A stretch of DNA of 64,000 bases from Tubiluchus corallicola. Lineage: Eukaryota > Animalia > Priapulida. Under the pieces are notes generated by a model. That model saw only the letters and a program-made list of their open reading frames with translations, searched no databases and was not told where the DNA came from. The translations under genes were made by a program, and so were the position numbers. This document shows, in pieces, positions 37,308-48,782 of the stretch (position 1 is the first letter of the stretch; every line of letters begins with the position of its first letter). The stretch is from assembly GCA_030141605.1 (NCBI GenBank), contig JAQGDQ010000227.1:248001-312000 (forward strand). Direction: 5' to 3'.

Positions 37308-38307
37308 CTGAAAGTACAATGTAAGACACCATATATTTTTGTGGTACTTTTATTAATAATATCGCCTAAAGTGGCGTTTATGTAACATGCGGATGCATTT
37401 GGGAGGGGGGGGGGGGTGCAGAATACGTAAAAATCAGTTTATATTGTTTTCAATGCTCCCATATATGCAGTCTGCATACGTTTAATTTTATGGCGTCAGA
37501 ACATTTCAATAAAACTGAGACAAATTGAAATCAGGCAAACTAGAAGCCTAACTTCATTTTTTTCAATTCACTTTCTATCTGCCGTTGTAATTTCCATGTT
37601 GATCGAATCGGAAATCTGATGTACTTTGACGGTTTAAACCAGTCCCTACTGCAGTCTATGAGTTGCTAAAACATTTGCAAAAAAAAACTTGCTGTTTTTG
37701 ATAAACCTGCAAGTCATACAAAAGACCTTCATTGGAATTTCTTCAGTAATGGAAGACGTTTGATAATACATCGAAAAACAAAAAAACTATTCGGTGAGCT
37801 TTTTGCAACAACCAGCAATTTTATATTTGCCACCTAAATAAGAACTCAAGTAACCAAGTTGCTAAAAATCACAAATACTCTGTCGGTAACCTGTACACCA
37901 ATCATTTAAAGGCTTACAATCTGTCTACGATGTCTTTTTTCAAACAGAGTACACTCTCAGTTTGCCGGACAAAAGCAGGGAGACTTCGGTCCGAATTTGC
38001 TGATTGTCCATATTTTCCATCATAGTAAGCTAATACAGCAGGTGCTGTGTATTAGACTCATGGTAATATAGAATCGATCGTCTAAAGAGATCTGTTTTGA
38101 TTTTACAGTCGATAAATGCTTATCTTGAGAAAGTGTGAATGAAGCTTTAGTGAAAAAAGCTTTTTCTGCCATTCTCTTAGATGTTACAATTCAGAAAGAT
38201 ATGAAATTCCCAGAACTCGTATAGAAAGTTGTACAAAGAAATGTAAATCAATGATGTTGTTCCGCGTACATTTTAAAAACATACATATTAACTAATTATC
38301 CTTGTAC

Positions 38308-38417
38308 CTTTGCACCAGATCTTGCCACAATTTCTTCAAATGGAGCCGTACGGAATGTCTCTATTATCTGCTTGTCTCTCTCTTCTTGAAGTGCTCTAGC
38401 TTTATCAGGAGACTCGA
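38308..38417 (-). CDS. EFR3: EFR3 coding exon
   Basis: tgcag|...|gtacaa, 110 nt. Encodes LESPDKARALQEERDKQIIETFRTAPFEEIVARSGAK (F..APFEEI motif). Confidence 0.95.
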
Positions 38418-38583
38418 CTGCAAAAATAAAACCAGCCAAATGGTATAATTTTTCATTCGCTATCAGACAAGCACAGTAGTAAAAACACCAGAACACACTT
38501 GAAAAGACAACAACAACAAATACAAAGACCAACTTATGAATGAATGAAACTGTGTGCATGCTGTACATCATCAACACTTTGCA

Positions 38584-38996
38584 GACAACCCTCTAGCAAA
38601 ACAGAAAAGTTTCCATACAACCCTGTAAAAAACAGAAAAGCTTCAAGGCAACCCTGTAAAAAACAGAAAAGCTTCAAGGCAACCATGTAGCAAAACAGAA
38701 AAGTTTCCAGACAACCCTGTATCAAAACCAAAAAGGTTCCAGGCAACCCTGTAAGAAAACAGAAAAGCTTCCAGGCAATCCTGTAAGAAAACAGAAAAGC
38801 TTCCAGGCAATCCTGTAAGAAAACAGAAAAGCTTCCAGGTAACCTTGTAACAAAACAGAAAAGCTTCCAGGCAACCTTGTAGCAAAACAGAAAAGATTCC
38901 AGGCAACCCTGTAACAAAACAGAAAAGATTCCAGGCAACCTTGTAACAAAAAAGAAAAGCTTCCAGGTAACCCTAAAGCAAAACGGAAAAGATTCC
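38584..38996 (-). repeat. 31-32-bp minisatellite (~13 copies) that reads as 3' splice sites on the EFR3 strand
   Basis: Minus-strand unit gcttttctgttttcttacag|ggttgcctggaa. Confidence 0.95.
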
Positions 38997-39321
38997 TTCG
39001 ATAATGATAATAACCTCAATGACATAAAGGACAACAGAGATTTTTTCTTGTGAATCTGGAAAGTAACCAAGTAAAAGCTTGGACTGGCAGTATCTGCCAA
39101 TGGAATTCTGTCAAAATCGAGTAGAAATCCAATTCACTTCACAACATTTGGTTGGCTTTGTAATACTGTAACTTACTGCACTTACTGTGAACATCATGCA
39201 CATTACCAACAGATTCATTTACCATGAAGAAAAATACAAAATGCAAAGTGCCACCACCAAACACCCGTAGAAAACCTTTCGAAACTCCAAAAGACGTCCA
39301 ACAAAGTAAGTTTCAACATAC

Positions 39322-39587
39322 TTATTTTGAAACTGAAGCCACGGTGCACACGAAGCTTGCTACCGAGTCAACTGAAGCCACGGTGCACACGAAGCTTGCT
39401 ACCGAGTCAACTGAAGCCACGGTGCACACGAAGCTTGCTACCGAGTCACTTCTAAAACCTTGAGGAAAGTATTTTGTACCTCGAAACGACCTTGTTCTCT
39501 TCTGATGATTTTCCTCACTTGCAGTCGCGTTAAAGCTACACAATGTCTCCGTACTCGCAAACATTTTGAATGGCAATAGACGATAGT
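39322..39587 (-). CDS. Candidate alternative (terminal or internal) EFR3 exon
   Basis: tttctcacag| phase-1 acceptor, then an open frame YRLLPFKMFASTETLCSFNATASEENHQKRTRSFRG... to TAA at 39322, crossing a frame-preserving 39-bp repeat. Confidence 0.35.
39332..39450. repeat. 39-bp tandem repeat, 3 copies
   Basis: Unit actgaagccacggtgcacacgaagcttgctaccgagtca. Confidence 0.95.
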
Positions 39588-39899
39588 CTGTGAGAAACAT
39601 TTTAAACATTCACTGGAGACACCGGGAATTTCCGATGATCAATGCCGTTTCAATAACAGAGAGTTGAATTCAGAATGTCAAGTTCATTACTATTGGGGTG
39701 TAGCATAGAAATAATACAGACTATCAAACTTAGTAATGAATTTTAAACAAGATTATCTGAAACAGGACTAAAGGCTTGACGAAAATACCAGAGCGTATAA
39801 CTGATGTGTTCGGAGCCTGAAATAATAACGCCTCCATAACTAAACAGAAGGTAAGTATGAAATTGGTAAAAGACTGATAAGTAATTAGTATCCGCAATA

Positions 39900-40262
39900 C
39901 AGTGTTCCCTCACTTATCGCAGCTGTTCTGTTCCAGGCCCACCCACGATAAGTAAATTTCCGCGAAGTAGGGACGCTCTTATACATAACCCTTTCCCATT
40001 CCCTTGATATTTTTTTAATAAATTAATCCCTTAATAAATTACTATTTTTAATACATTTTTATACATTTTGCGATTTTTTATGCAAAATTCATCAAATCTA
40101 TACATTACTGTACAATATGTACTACACATGTACAAAAATACTTTAGACGGAGTACCGCAAAAACCCGCGAAACAGCGAGTCCACGATAAATATTTTACAT
40201 TAATATTTTTGAAAACCCGCAAAACAGCGATGAACGAACCGCGAAGTAGCGAGGGAACACTG
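39900..40262. mobile_element. pogo/Tigger-like MITE
   Basis: TA|cagtgttccctc...gagggaacactg|TA. An inverted truncated relative starts at 61948. Confidence 0.88.
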
Positions 40263-40352
40263 TACTGTCTTTATGTCAGAATCAGCTTGAGCATTCTCAG
40301 GGTGATCAATATTTCATTCTATCAATCAGCCGCTGTCTGATTAACGTGTTAC

Positions 40353-40460
40353 CTGGAACATCGAGCAAAAATGAGCCCGATAATTGACTGAGAATTTCAA
40401 AATCTGATGTCCCGTGACTGCTGATAACCGAGAACAAGCTGCCATGACTACCATATCTTT
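40353..40460 (-). CDS. Candidate alternative cassette exon of EFR3 (36 codons)
   Basis: tttattag|...cca g|gtaaca, 108 nt, phase 1-1 like the host intron, open frame QRYGSHGSLFSVISSHGTSDFEILSQLSGSFLLDVP. No homology recognised. Confidence 0.55.
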
Positions 40461-40617
40461 CTAATAAACACAATGTAAGAACGTGCTCATGAATGTAACA
40501 ATAGCGGATATCTTGGAAAAGCAATGACGATGTATAAATACTGAAACAACCTTCAAAACTAAAACTGCAAGGAAAAAGAAAAATGCTTCTGTTTCAAAGC
40601 AATACCAATTTCGTTTA

Positions 40618-40900
40618 TAGACATAGACGACATAGAAATAGACATAGAACATTTATTTTCTCCAATTAGTTTAACATCAAAAGTTGTTTAAATATTAAGT
40701 ACATGTAATTATAATCATGCAGCAGGGCAGGGAAGGACCATAGGGTCATCTAGTCTCCTGCCCTGTCTTATAAATAGATTAGTATATTGAAAATTAACGG
40801 TGATGCTGCAGATAACAAAAAACAAATAAGAAAAAAATAATAATAAAAACAGTATAAATGATACAAATTATCCAAAAAGAACTGAAAACAAAAAATAATA
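40618..40900 (-). mobile_element. LINE 3' UTR/tail remnant
   Basis: Stem-loop cagggcagg...cctgccctg, then minus-strand AATAAA followed by a (ctatgt)n tail. Confidence 0.5.
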
Positions 40901-41365
40901 AAGTTAGATACCTAAATCTAAACAAAAATTTAGAAGTCACAAAAAGTCGTGAAAGCGCGACGGCATTCTATTGACGCAGTTTTCTCAAATGTCCTACCTA
41001 AATAATAACTTTAATGATATACCCAATAGTTTGCATAGTGAAATATGTTATAAAATAATGTTCAGAAATGTAGCAGCTCACCCTGGTGGTGATGACAGAA
41101 GAAAATGACCAGCAGAAAAATTGCTTTATTAGCAAGTACCTACGTAGACTGCTTTGCTAAAAACAATTCTAAAAGAATACGTTGAATTACTGATTAATCT
41201 CGCCCTTCCTCTTCAGTGAAGAAATAGAAAAGAGTTTTTATTTGAAAAATTTGTGAGGCGAAATTAAGAAGTTGTTAGTAAAAGAATTATATTTCTTGTT
41301 GCCTGTATCAGTACTAAAGTACTGATACACTTTAACAATTATGATAATTACGGACAATTACTTAC

Positions 41366-41414
41366 GCATGACTTGTTTAAGTGATTCAAATGTTATCTCT
41401 TCTTCTGGAAATTT
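41366..41414 (-). CDS. EFR3: EFR3 coding exon
   Basis: tgcag|...|gtaagt, 49 nt. Encodes KFPEEEITFESLKQVM (conserved EEITFE.LK motif). Confidence 0.94.
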
Positions 41415-42050
41415 CTGCAAAAATGCAAAAAAAATACATCGAATAAAGGAGAAACAAACGTACATATACAGATACACAAAATTTGTAGCGTTGAATTTGT
41501 TTGTTTTTAGCTAATCGACTTTCATAAAATCGTGTACAGGTACTGCGGAACTGCAGCACCCCCCATTTTCACTCAATATTATTGATAATATTTGATATAA
41601 TAAGTCTTTGTTCTTTAGTTCTTTCTTTATACTTGTGCGGAACCGGAGCACGTGAGGGAAGTACAATTTGCTTCACAGCCCACGCAATGCAGTGTTTGGC
41701 GGCTGTGTGCATGCGGCCATACACACGTCTGAGATAAGACGCTGTACTTTAGGCAGAAAAAGTACTGTCGCTCATGCAGTATGTGTTGCCGGTTGTCACT
41801 GGCTTAAAAGCTGTGTACCGGCATATTCTTGAACTGGACAATTAAGGTTATTCGTAAGAAAACAATACAAGCTTATGTATAAATTTTCATATGTTTGTTC
41901 GTTTAAATAACAATTACAAATTACAATATTCAAAATTACATATGTTTGTTTCGTTTTACACAGTATCAAAACAATAGCTAAAAATTTTCTGATGTAGCTC
42001 TATGAGCCGCCACAGTTGAGAGACGTTTGATAAGCGCAGTACATTTTTAC

Positions 42051-42142
42051 CTTAATTATTCCCGGAGATGAACGAACGCTATCCGCATCCGTGACGCTGA
42101 TTGATCTTATGTCACTAAGACTACGAGCCGAAGTGACACTGT
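42051..42142 (-). CDS. EFR3: EFR3 coding exon
   Basis: tgcag|...|gtaaaa, 92 nt, phase 1-0. Encodes DSVTSARSLSDIRSISVTDADSVRSSPGIIK. Confidence 0.9.
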
Positions 42143-42289
42143 CTGCAAGAAACAACAATAACAATGATGCTTGTATTACTCTGTTGCACACAGTACCGTA
42201 GTGATGAAATAAAAGCTAAACATGATTTTATTTACGGTAGAATGACGATCGTTTCATTTTGAAACTGTTCTGGAGCTGAAAATAAAGAC

Positions 42290-42620
42290 AGAAAAATATT
42301 CAGTAGGAAGATGACAAAAAGTGATCAAAAAGCTTAAAAACTATACAGAAATAACAAAGTCAGTGGTAGGTTAAATTACTATTATTATTAAGTATAGTAT
42401 AGTAGGTATTAAACAGTAAAGTTTATGTAGAAAATGTAAGAAATATTACCATTCAGAACAAATATTCAGTAACAATATGACAAAAAGTGATCAAAAAGCT
42501 TAAAAACTATACAGAAATAACAAAGTCAGTGGTAGGTTAAATTACTATTATTATTAAGTACAGTATAGTAGGTATTAAACAGTTAAGTTTATGTAGAAAA
42601 TGTAAGAAAAATTACCAATC
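42290..42620. repeat. 166-bp tandem duplication
   Basis: tgacaaaaagtgatcaaaaagc at 42312 and 42478. Confidence 0.92.
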
Positions 42621-42876
42621 GGTACATACCAGCATCCAAGCAGTACAACTACCAGTAATGATGATGTTTTATCACAGTTTTTTGTAATAATGTTACTAAA
42701 GATTGTTTTTTGGTCTTATTTTCAGCTTAACAATGGTTGTAAACTGAAACAATCGTCGCTACTGTTAATTTCTATGTTGATTTCTAGAATGTGGCTCTTT
42801 CTCACATTTAAAGTTAAATAAATAAACAAATTCACTCTGTCTATCAATTTACAATGCTAAAAAGAACCAGAAAGCA

Positions 42877-43238
42877 CAGTTGGTGTAGGTCAAAGGTTAA
42901 GTGTACCATAGCAACACGTCTAAACTATAACTGTCACGTGACATGTGGGTAAAGCAAAGCCGTCTGTCACGTCAGTTCAGTAACATCAGTTGTTTTACGT
43001 GAACTTTAGTTAATTATGCATTAGTCTGCATGTAGAGTGATTTACTAGCCGGGTTTTGCAACGGAACAAGAAAAAATGAACTAGGTAAGGTTCTAGCTAG
43101 CTGTTAAAATTGTTACAATTACAATAGTATGGACTGAGAGGCGTTGTCAAGTGTACACAAATGCGTTGCCTGGTACACTTAACCTTTGACTTTTTCACAA
43201 TCATCATCAATCGCTGGAACTGTGAAAAGCCGTATTAA
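42877..43238 (+). mobile_element. Non-autonomous DNA element, copy 2 (Helentron/HINE-like)
   Basis: Perfect 20-bp inverted repeat gtcaaaggttaagtgtacca (42889-42908 and 43171-43190), then a ttttcaca...tgtgaaaa hairpin shared with copy 1. Confidence 0.75.
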
Positions 43239-43257
43239 CAAGTGACATCATAATTAC

Positions 43258-43382
43258 CGACAGCGCTGAAAGAAAAAGGTACAGAAATTTTCCCTGGATC
43301 CTGTCCATGTTTCATCAACCCTTCAGAGAGCTGTGTTTTGTCAAATAACAGATCTGACGCAATGTCTAGGGATTTTGGAAAA
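43258..43382 (-). CDS. EFR3: EFR3 coding exon
   Basis: ttcag|...|gtaatt, 125 nt, phase 2-1. Encodes FPKSLDIASDLLFDKTQLSEGLMKHGQDPGKISVPFSFSAV. Confidence 0.9.
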
Positions 43383-43771
43383 CTGAAAAACGGAAAAACA
43401 CAGTTCAGTCGATTTACAGGAGACTTGTCTAACAGGAAATGACATCAAAATATACATTCTAAGTCGGGTGTACAAGGGAAAAAACATTAGCCAAGTAGGC
43501 TATTCATACCGACTAAAAACACATGAAATTCCACTAAAATAGACACAATATCACTCAAATTGGAAAATCAAAAGATCACAAAATAGAGTGCTCTGCAAAA
43601 TACAACATAAAATCATACAAGAAAAGATAAAAAACAGCATTGAATAATAGAAATAATTAAAAATCTGAGCACCACTTACTTAATTCTGAGAATATGAAAA
43701 AATTATACAGAGATAAAATGATCAGAAGATACTAAAACTGATTCACTAAAAAAATTTGAAGATACAGAGTA

Positions 43772-44269
43772 CAGTGGTACCTCTGTTGTCGACCATAATT
43801 CGTTCCTAAAAAGTGTTTGAAAACCGATTTGGTTGAGCACCGAATCATTTATTCCCAAAAGAAATAATGTAAAAGCAAATAATCCGTTCTCAAATACCAA
43901 ATGAACTGTAAAGTATTACTAAAATGAAATATAATAATGCAAAAATTTTTATTCAAACAGTAGATATGATATAATTGATAAGAAAAACATAGAATTACTT
44001 AGAAAGAAAAACATAATTATTCCTGTATGAAAAAAACGGAGAAAGCACTTAGCGATGTTAGGTGATTCAAATCTTGTGCGTGACTACTCTCAGGCGCGGT
44101 AGCTTACGCTCGGCTCTACTCAGCTCGCCGCGCATGCGTTCGTCGAGCTACCGGCGGTTGGTCGAGTACCGAAATTCTGGTCGAGAGCGGAGACAATTTC
44201 AGCGCGAAATTTCTGGTTGAAAACCGATTTGTACAAGTAGGGAGACAGTCGACAACGGAGGTATGACTG
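43772..44269. mobile_element. Tigger-like MITE
   Basis: TA|cagtggtacctctgttgtcgac...gtcgacaacggaggtatgactg|TA. Confidence 0.88.
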
Positions 44270-45815
44270 TACTCATAAATAATTAACACAAATTAGGCAG
44301 CACAATAAGCTGATAGGGAAGAACAATGATGAAGTTTATCATGTGAAATGCAGGGCAACCATAAAAACAAGTACAAACTTTTTAATAACAATAAATGCAT
44401 TCATTAAACACAAGCAGATGAACAAAACAAAGTTTACACTAATATCTCGGTTTGTGGAAGTTGGAATTGTACTTTGTAATTAAGTGCTGCCATCCATGTG
44501 CTAATCCTGTTATATTCTACCAGCTGACTTACCTTCAGTATAATTGTATTGTCCAGTGACTACATACACACTGGTCCTCTCCCTATCTAAAATTAATGGT
44601 TGTTGTGAAGCCTGCGTAACTCTGCATAGGTCGTTCTATACCTGTATACTGGCTGTGAAACAGGTTTTACTGACTGTTTTTGCTTTCTAGTTTTTGCTCA
44701 ATGTTCAGTGCAGCAGTTTTGCTACTCGTGTTTTCTATAGTTCAATAAACACTTTTCTGTTGTGTGCAGTGCAAATATTTATTATAGTTTTTGGTTCCTA
44801 TCCATACTTCTCTGTGCCTAAACTCAATCATAACAAAGTGACTGAACAACAACTTCAAAAATGACTTTCATACGGTTTGACGGACCTCGCTTTTGTGGAT
44901 ATGGGAAGAATCGGAAAATATCAGGACCGCTAAAAAGTCTCGCATGATATAGCATTACATCATTACAATATAATAGTGTTACATTGTTAAAGCAAATTAT
45001 AATGTAATGCTGAAGTAGATAACAAATTGCAAATTACAGTTACAACTACAAAAATCTGAAAAGAAAACAGACATTAGTGTATTTCAGATACACTGTAGAT
45101 AGAACCAGTAAATTTCATTTGACAGCATACAAATATGCATGCGACTACAAATGGTGCAATTACAAGTTTCATTGTTGTCCTGGTTAACTTGCTGGCTATT
45201 GATAAATTTCACTTTTTACACAATATTCGTTAATTTTGTTACAACGAGAATTTGCAGGTAAAAACAACCAACGGATCTATTAAGAGGGGTTTTTAAGCTT
45301 TGTAATGATCACATCTTTATGTCAAGTTCATTTTTGGGTTGTGTTCATTTTCGGTAAATTTATTAAATGTTTTATGCTGTTTTGTTCTGTAAATGAAGCA
45401 TTTTTCATGGGGTGCCAGCAGATTTTCTCAAGTAGTAAAATTATTTGCTTACTTATAGAAAAACAGGCAACATCTTTAAAAAGCTAATGAAATATCCAAC
45501 TGGAACATGTTATTTATGCAAATGCAGGATATAAACTTTTTGTGTGCTAATGATATTTGTGAAAAAAATGTTTAAAATTTCACACAGCAGCAAGGCACAG
45601 CTTAGCTGGAACAATAGGTTGCCATGGTGTTGGTGCTGTAGCTTCATTGTAGTGCTGTAGCTTGTAACATCACAATGCTGGAATACGCAGTGCTAAAGTT
45701 GGTGTTGCTATGGCCACCAAGCAATTGTTTGTGCCATCTAGGGGCGAGTTAAAAAAACAATGCATGTGTGTAATTGCACTCCTTGCAGTCGTATGAATAG
45801 AGCAGAATAAGTTAC

Positions 45816-45892
45816 CTTGAATCAGTTACAAGTTTGTCAAAAACAAAAGCAGGAAGTAAATGACGTGCTTCCTTTTTCCTGTTCTCAATTAC
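45816..45892 (-). CDS. EFR3: EFR3 coding exon
   Basis: tacag|...|gtaact, 77 nt. Encodes VIENRKKEARHLLPAFVFDKLVTDS (compare VIEIRTMEAPYFLP). Confidence 0.92.
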
Positions 45893-46424
45893 CTGTAAAT
45901 GCAATCAGTAATTTGCTAAATTCATTCATTTAAACATGTAAATCACACGTATAAATAAGTAACTGAGTTAACTAACATTTTTTTTCCATTTAGTTTTCCA
46001 TTCAAATTGAAATGAAGTCGACAAATAATTTTTTAATTAAAACAACAAGGAACTGTTGCCATTAAAGGCTGTTGCAGAAATAGATTATGTAATGAGATAA
46101 TGTTATTATAGTTACTAACCATTTGTTTACTATGATTACTAAAATATACTTTTAAAGGGATAAATTTTCAGGTGGCTCCGAGTTGCCCGTTGCTAATTAT
46201 AAAATTATTGTGAGTCAATTGCAAGTCTAGTTGACAGAGTTTCTTTGCCACTTCATATCTTACCGTTTGCAAAAATTCAAATTTGAAAACTAGCTACAAG
46301 TGGCCAATATGAGTTCAGTTCAGTGTCGAGAGATGCACTAGAAGATGTCTAATGCCAGCAGTTTTGTAAGAAGATTTCTCATTAGTAATGCCCAACCTAC
46401 TGACAAATATAGCCTAACAAATTT

Positions 46425-46625
46425 CTCCTTCTAAGCATTCAGTTTTAAATGGAAGGCCCCAGACAACGTGCCCCATTGTACATGTCTAGTTTTAAGTGAA
46501 ATGTGTCCTTCTAGGCATTCAGTTTTAAATGGAAGGCCCCAGACATCGTGCCCTTCTGCACACGTCTAGTTTTAAGTAAAATGTGTCCTTCGAGGCACTC
46601 AGTTTTAAATGGAAGGCCTCAAACA
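46425..46625. repeat. ~80-bp tandem repeat, 3 copies
   Basis: cagttttaaatggaaggcc repeated. Confidence 0.88.
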
Positions 46626-46980
46626 ATGCTGCTGCCTAGATTTAAACAGTTAAACATCAACTAAAGAGAAACCCCTAGCTAGTAAATAAGATATATAAGT
46701 GGTTTCAAGTAAGCAGAAAGAAATTAATCAGTAGAAACATGAATGAAATTCATTAAACTGTTAATTTGTATGATTTAAGAAATATTGATTTTTGCTTTGG
46801 GATTGCTCCCTCAATCTTTACATTACTTTCTACGGAAGTCTTTGCTTCGTTTAACAACGTTTAACTTAACGACGCATTTTGCTGGAACGCATTAGCGTCG
46901 CTAAGCGAGGACTTACCATACTTATAATGCATGTGTGCACAATTTAAGAAATGTCAGTCAACAGAAAAAGAAAACACTAC

Positions 46981-47109
46981 CTGATCGACGTATGTGTTAA
47001 CACTGGAATAAGCCATTAACTGTGCAATGAGACTCATGTAACTTGCACATACAGCATGCAATGAACAGCGATGTCGTGGTTTCATTGATGTCAGATCCAG
47101 AGCAGCATC
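46981..47109 (-). CDS. EFR3: EFR3 coding exon
   Basis: tacag|...|gtagtg, 129 nt. Encodes DAALDLTSMKPRHRCSLHAVCASYMSLIAQLMAYSSVNTYVDQ (HRC..A motif). Confidence 0.93.
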
Positions 47110-47792
47110 CTGTACAAGTAATTATAGCTATTATTCTTTAACCTGAGTAACTTTTAAAATCAATAATTCGATTATATAACCAGGGCCGGATTATGACCCT
47201 CTGAGGCCCTTAGGCTCATGGAATTGACGTAACTGATTGTTTTTTTTGTAATTGACGTAATTTATTGTCCACTTCAGCATAATTACATTATCACATTGTA
47301 ACTGTTATACATCAGATTTATTGTTATTATAACTCGGCAGCACCATCTTGATTATTACTTACTCCTGATATATTTTGAAATACAATACAATACTGTTTAG
47401 CCTCTAATACGATAATCAGCATCATAGAAAACGGCAACCCTGGCAGACGGTAAGCCGTAGAAAAACATGGCTGCCAAAACAATGATGTTATAATAATTTT
47501 TGCATTTTACATTTTAAATTTATAGTACACTTTTATACTACGTCAGATGAATACAAGAACGTGTAAAAAATTATAACATTCCCAGCCGGGTGTGTGATAA
47601 AAAATATTACAAAGGCGATTAGATGGAAAAAGAGCTATTTTTATTGTGGGCATGGAGTCGGTAGACCTTTCCAGTCTGACTCCACAACCTTGCTGATGTG
47701 GTCATGGAGTCGGTAGACCTTCCCAGTCTGGCTCCACAACCTTGCTGATGTGACCGAAGTGTTTTGTCGAGTCCAATGTTCTGAAACAATAC

Positions 47793-47954
47793 CTGTATGG
47801 TAATCGCCAAGCGTAACATATCCATATGCAGTTCATCGTTCTGGAACTCCACTGCTACGACTGCCAATGTTTGATAGACAACATAGATGTTCTCCAGGGT
47901 GCTCTCCTCCTTGATAAGATTTTCGTAGCAACAATAAAGGAGCTCAGAGCCATG
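47793..47954 (-). CDS. EFR3: EFR3 coding exon
   Basis: cacag|...|gtattg, 162 nt. Encodes HGSELLYCCYENLIKEESTLENIYVVYQTLAVVAVEFQNDELHMDMLRLAITIQ. Confidence 0.94.
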
Positions 47955-48240
47955 CTGTGAAAATCAAAATTGCTGTTTTATATATATATATACGATGTGA
48001 TGGGATTAACCGATATGGGGTGACATTCCATGTGTTTAATCAGCTATTACGTATTATTGCAAAACAAAAAACAAATGCAAAAATGTATTTGCTTTTGTAA
48101 ACACTGCCACAAATTTACACGAAATACCGTATTGTTCCACATGCAACCGTGACTACAGTGAGTTGTTCTAAAAGTTTATTTTTGTTCCTTAATGTAGCTT
48201 TAAGTGTGTGAACCACCAACTTTCTATATTTTATTTACAC

Positions 48241-48660
48241 TCCTATCTCCGTGTGCCAGACAAAAGTGGAGACACGTTTCCGATTGTCCGTATTTACCGA
48301 TACTAAGCTAATATAGTAGGCGCCGTGTAACAGACTCACATTAATGAATCAATTGCCTAGTCGTCTCAAAAAAGTCTTTACAGACGCAAAAGTCTGACGG
48401 TAATTGACTCAAATAACTCCGCAGAATGACTCTAAACTGCTTACACACACTCTGATTAAACCGCTAAACACGCTGACATACAAACTACACACGCGTCGTT
48501 ACACGCTGCTTGGATGCTAACAAAGTGATGGCCCACCAACTAGTGGTCAGCTCACGAAATAATGGACTGTGTCCGTAGTATGCGGGATATTTTAACAGCC
48601 CAGTTTTTTGTCCGATTCTTCTGATATCCGTAAAAGTGAAGTCCGACAAACCGAGATATG
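48241..48660. mobile_element. MITE, same family as 25876-26214
   Basis: Ends ctatctccgtgtgccagacaaaag / gtccgacaaaccgagatatg. Confidence 0.65.
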
Positions 48661-48706
48661 AACGCTTATCTATAGTAAAAGTTCATTGAACATTATATAC
48701 AAATAC

Positions 48707-48782
48707 CTTCTTCATAAACAAGTAATCGGTTCGCGTGCATTTTTCTCTTATTATCTCCAATGCGTTCAGGTCTTCTATCGTA
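48707..48782 (-). CDS. EFR3: EFR3 coding exon
   Basis: tctag|...|gtattt, 76 nt. Encodes TIEDLNALEIIREKCTRTDYLFMKK (compare REKICRQDTSFMKK in EFR3A). Confidence 0.93.

Noticed and set aside
38534-39100. 188-aa hydrophobic ORF on the EFR3 strand
   Set aside because: Mostly the 31-32-bp minisatellite, which is open in several frames because of its composition.
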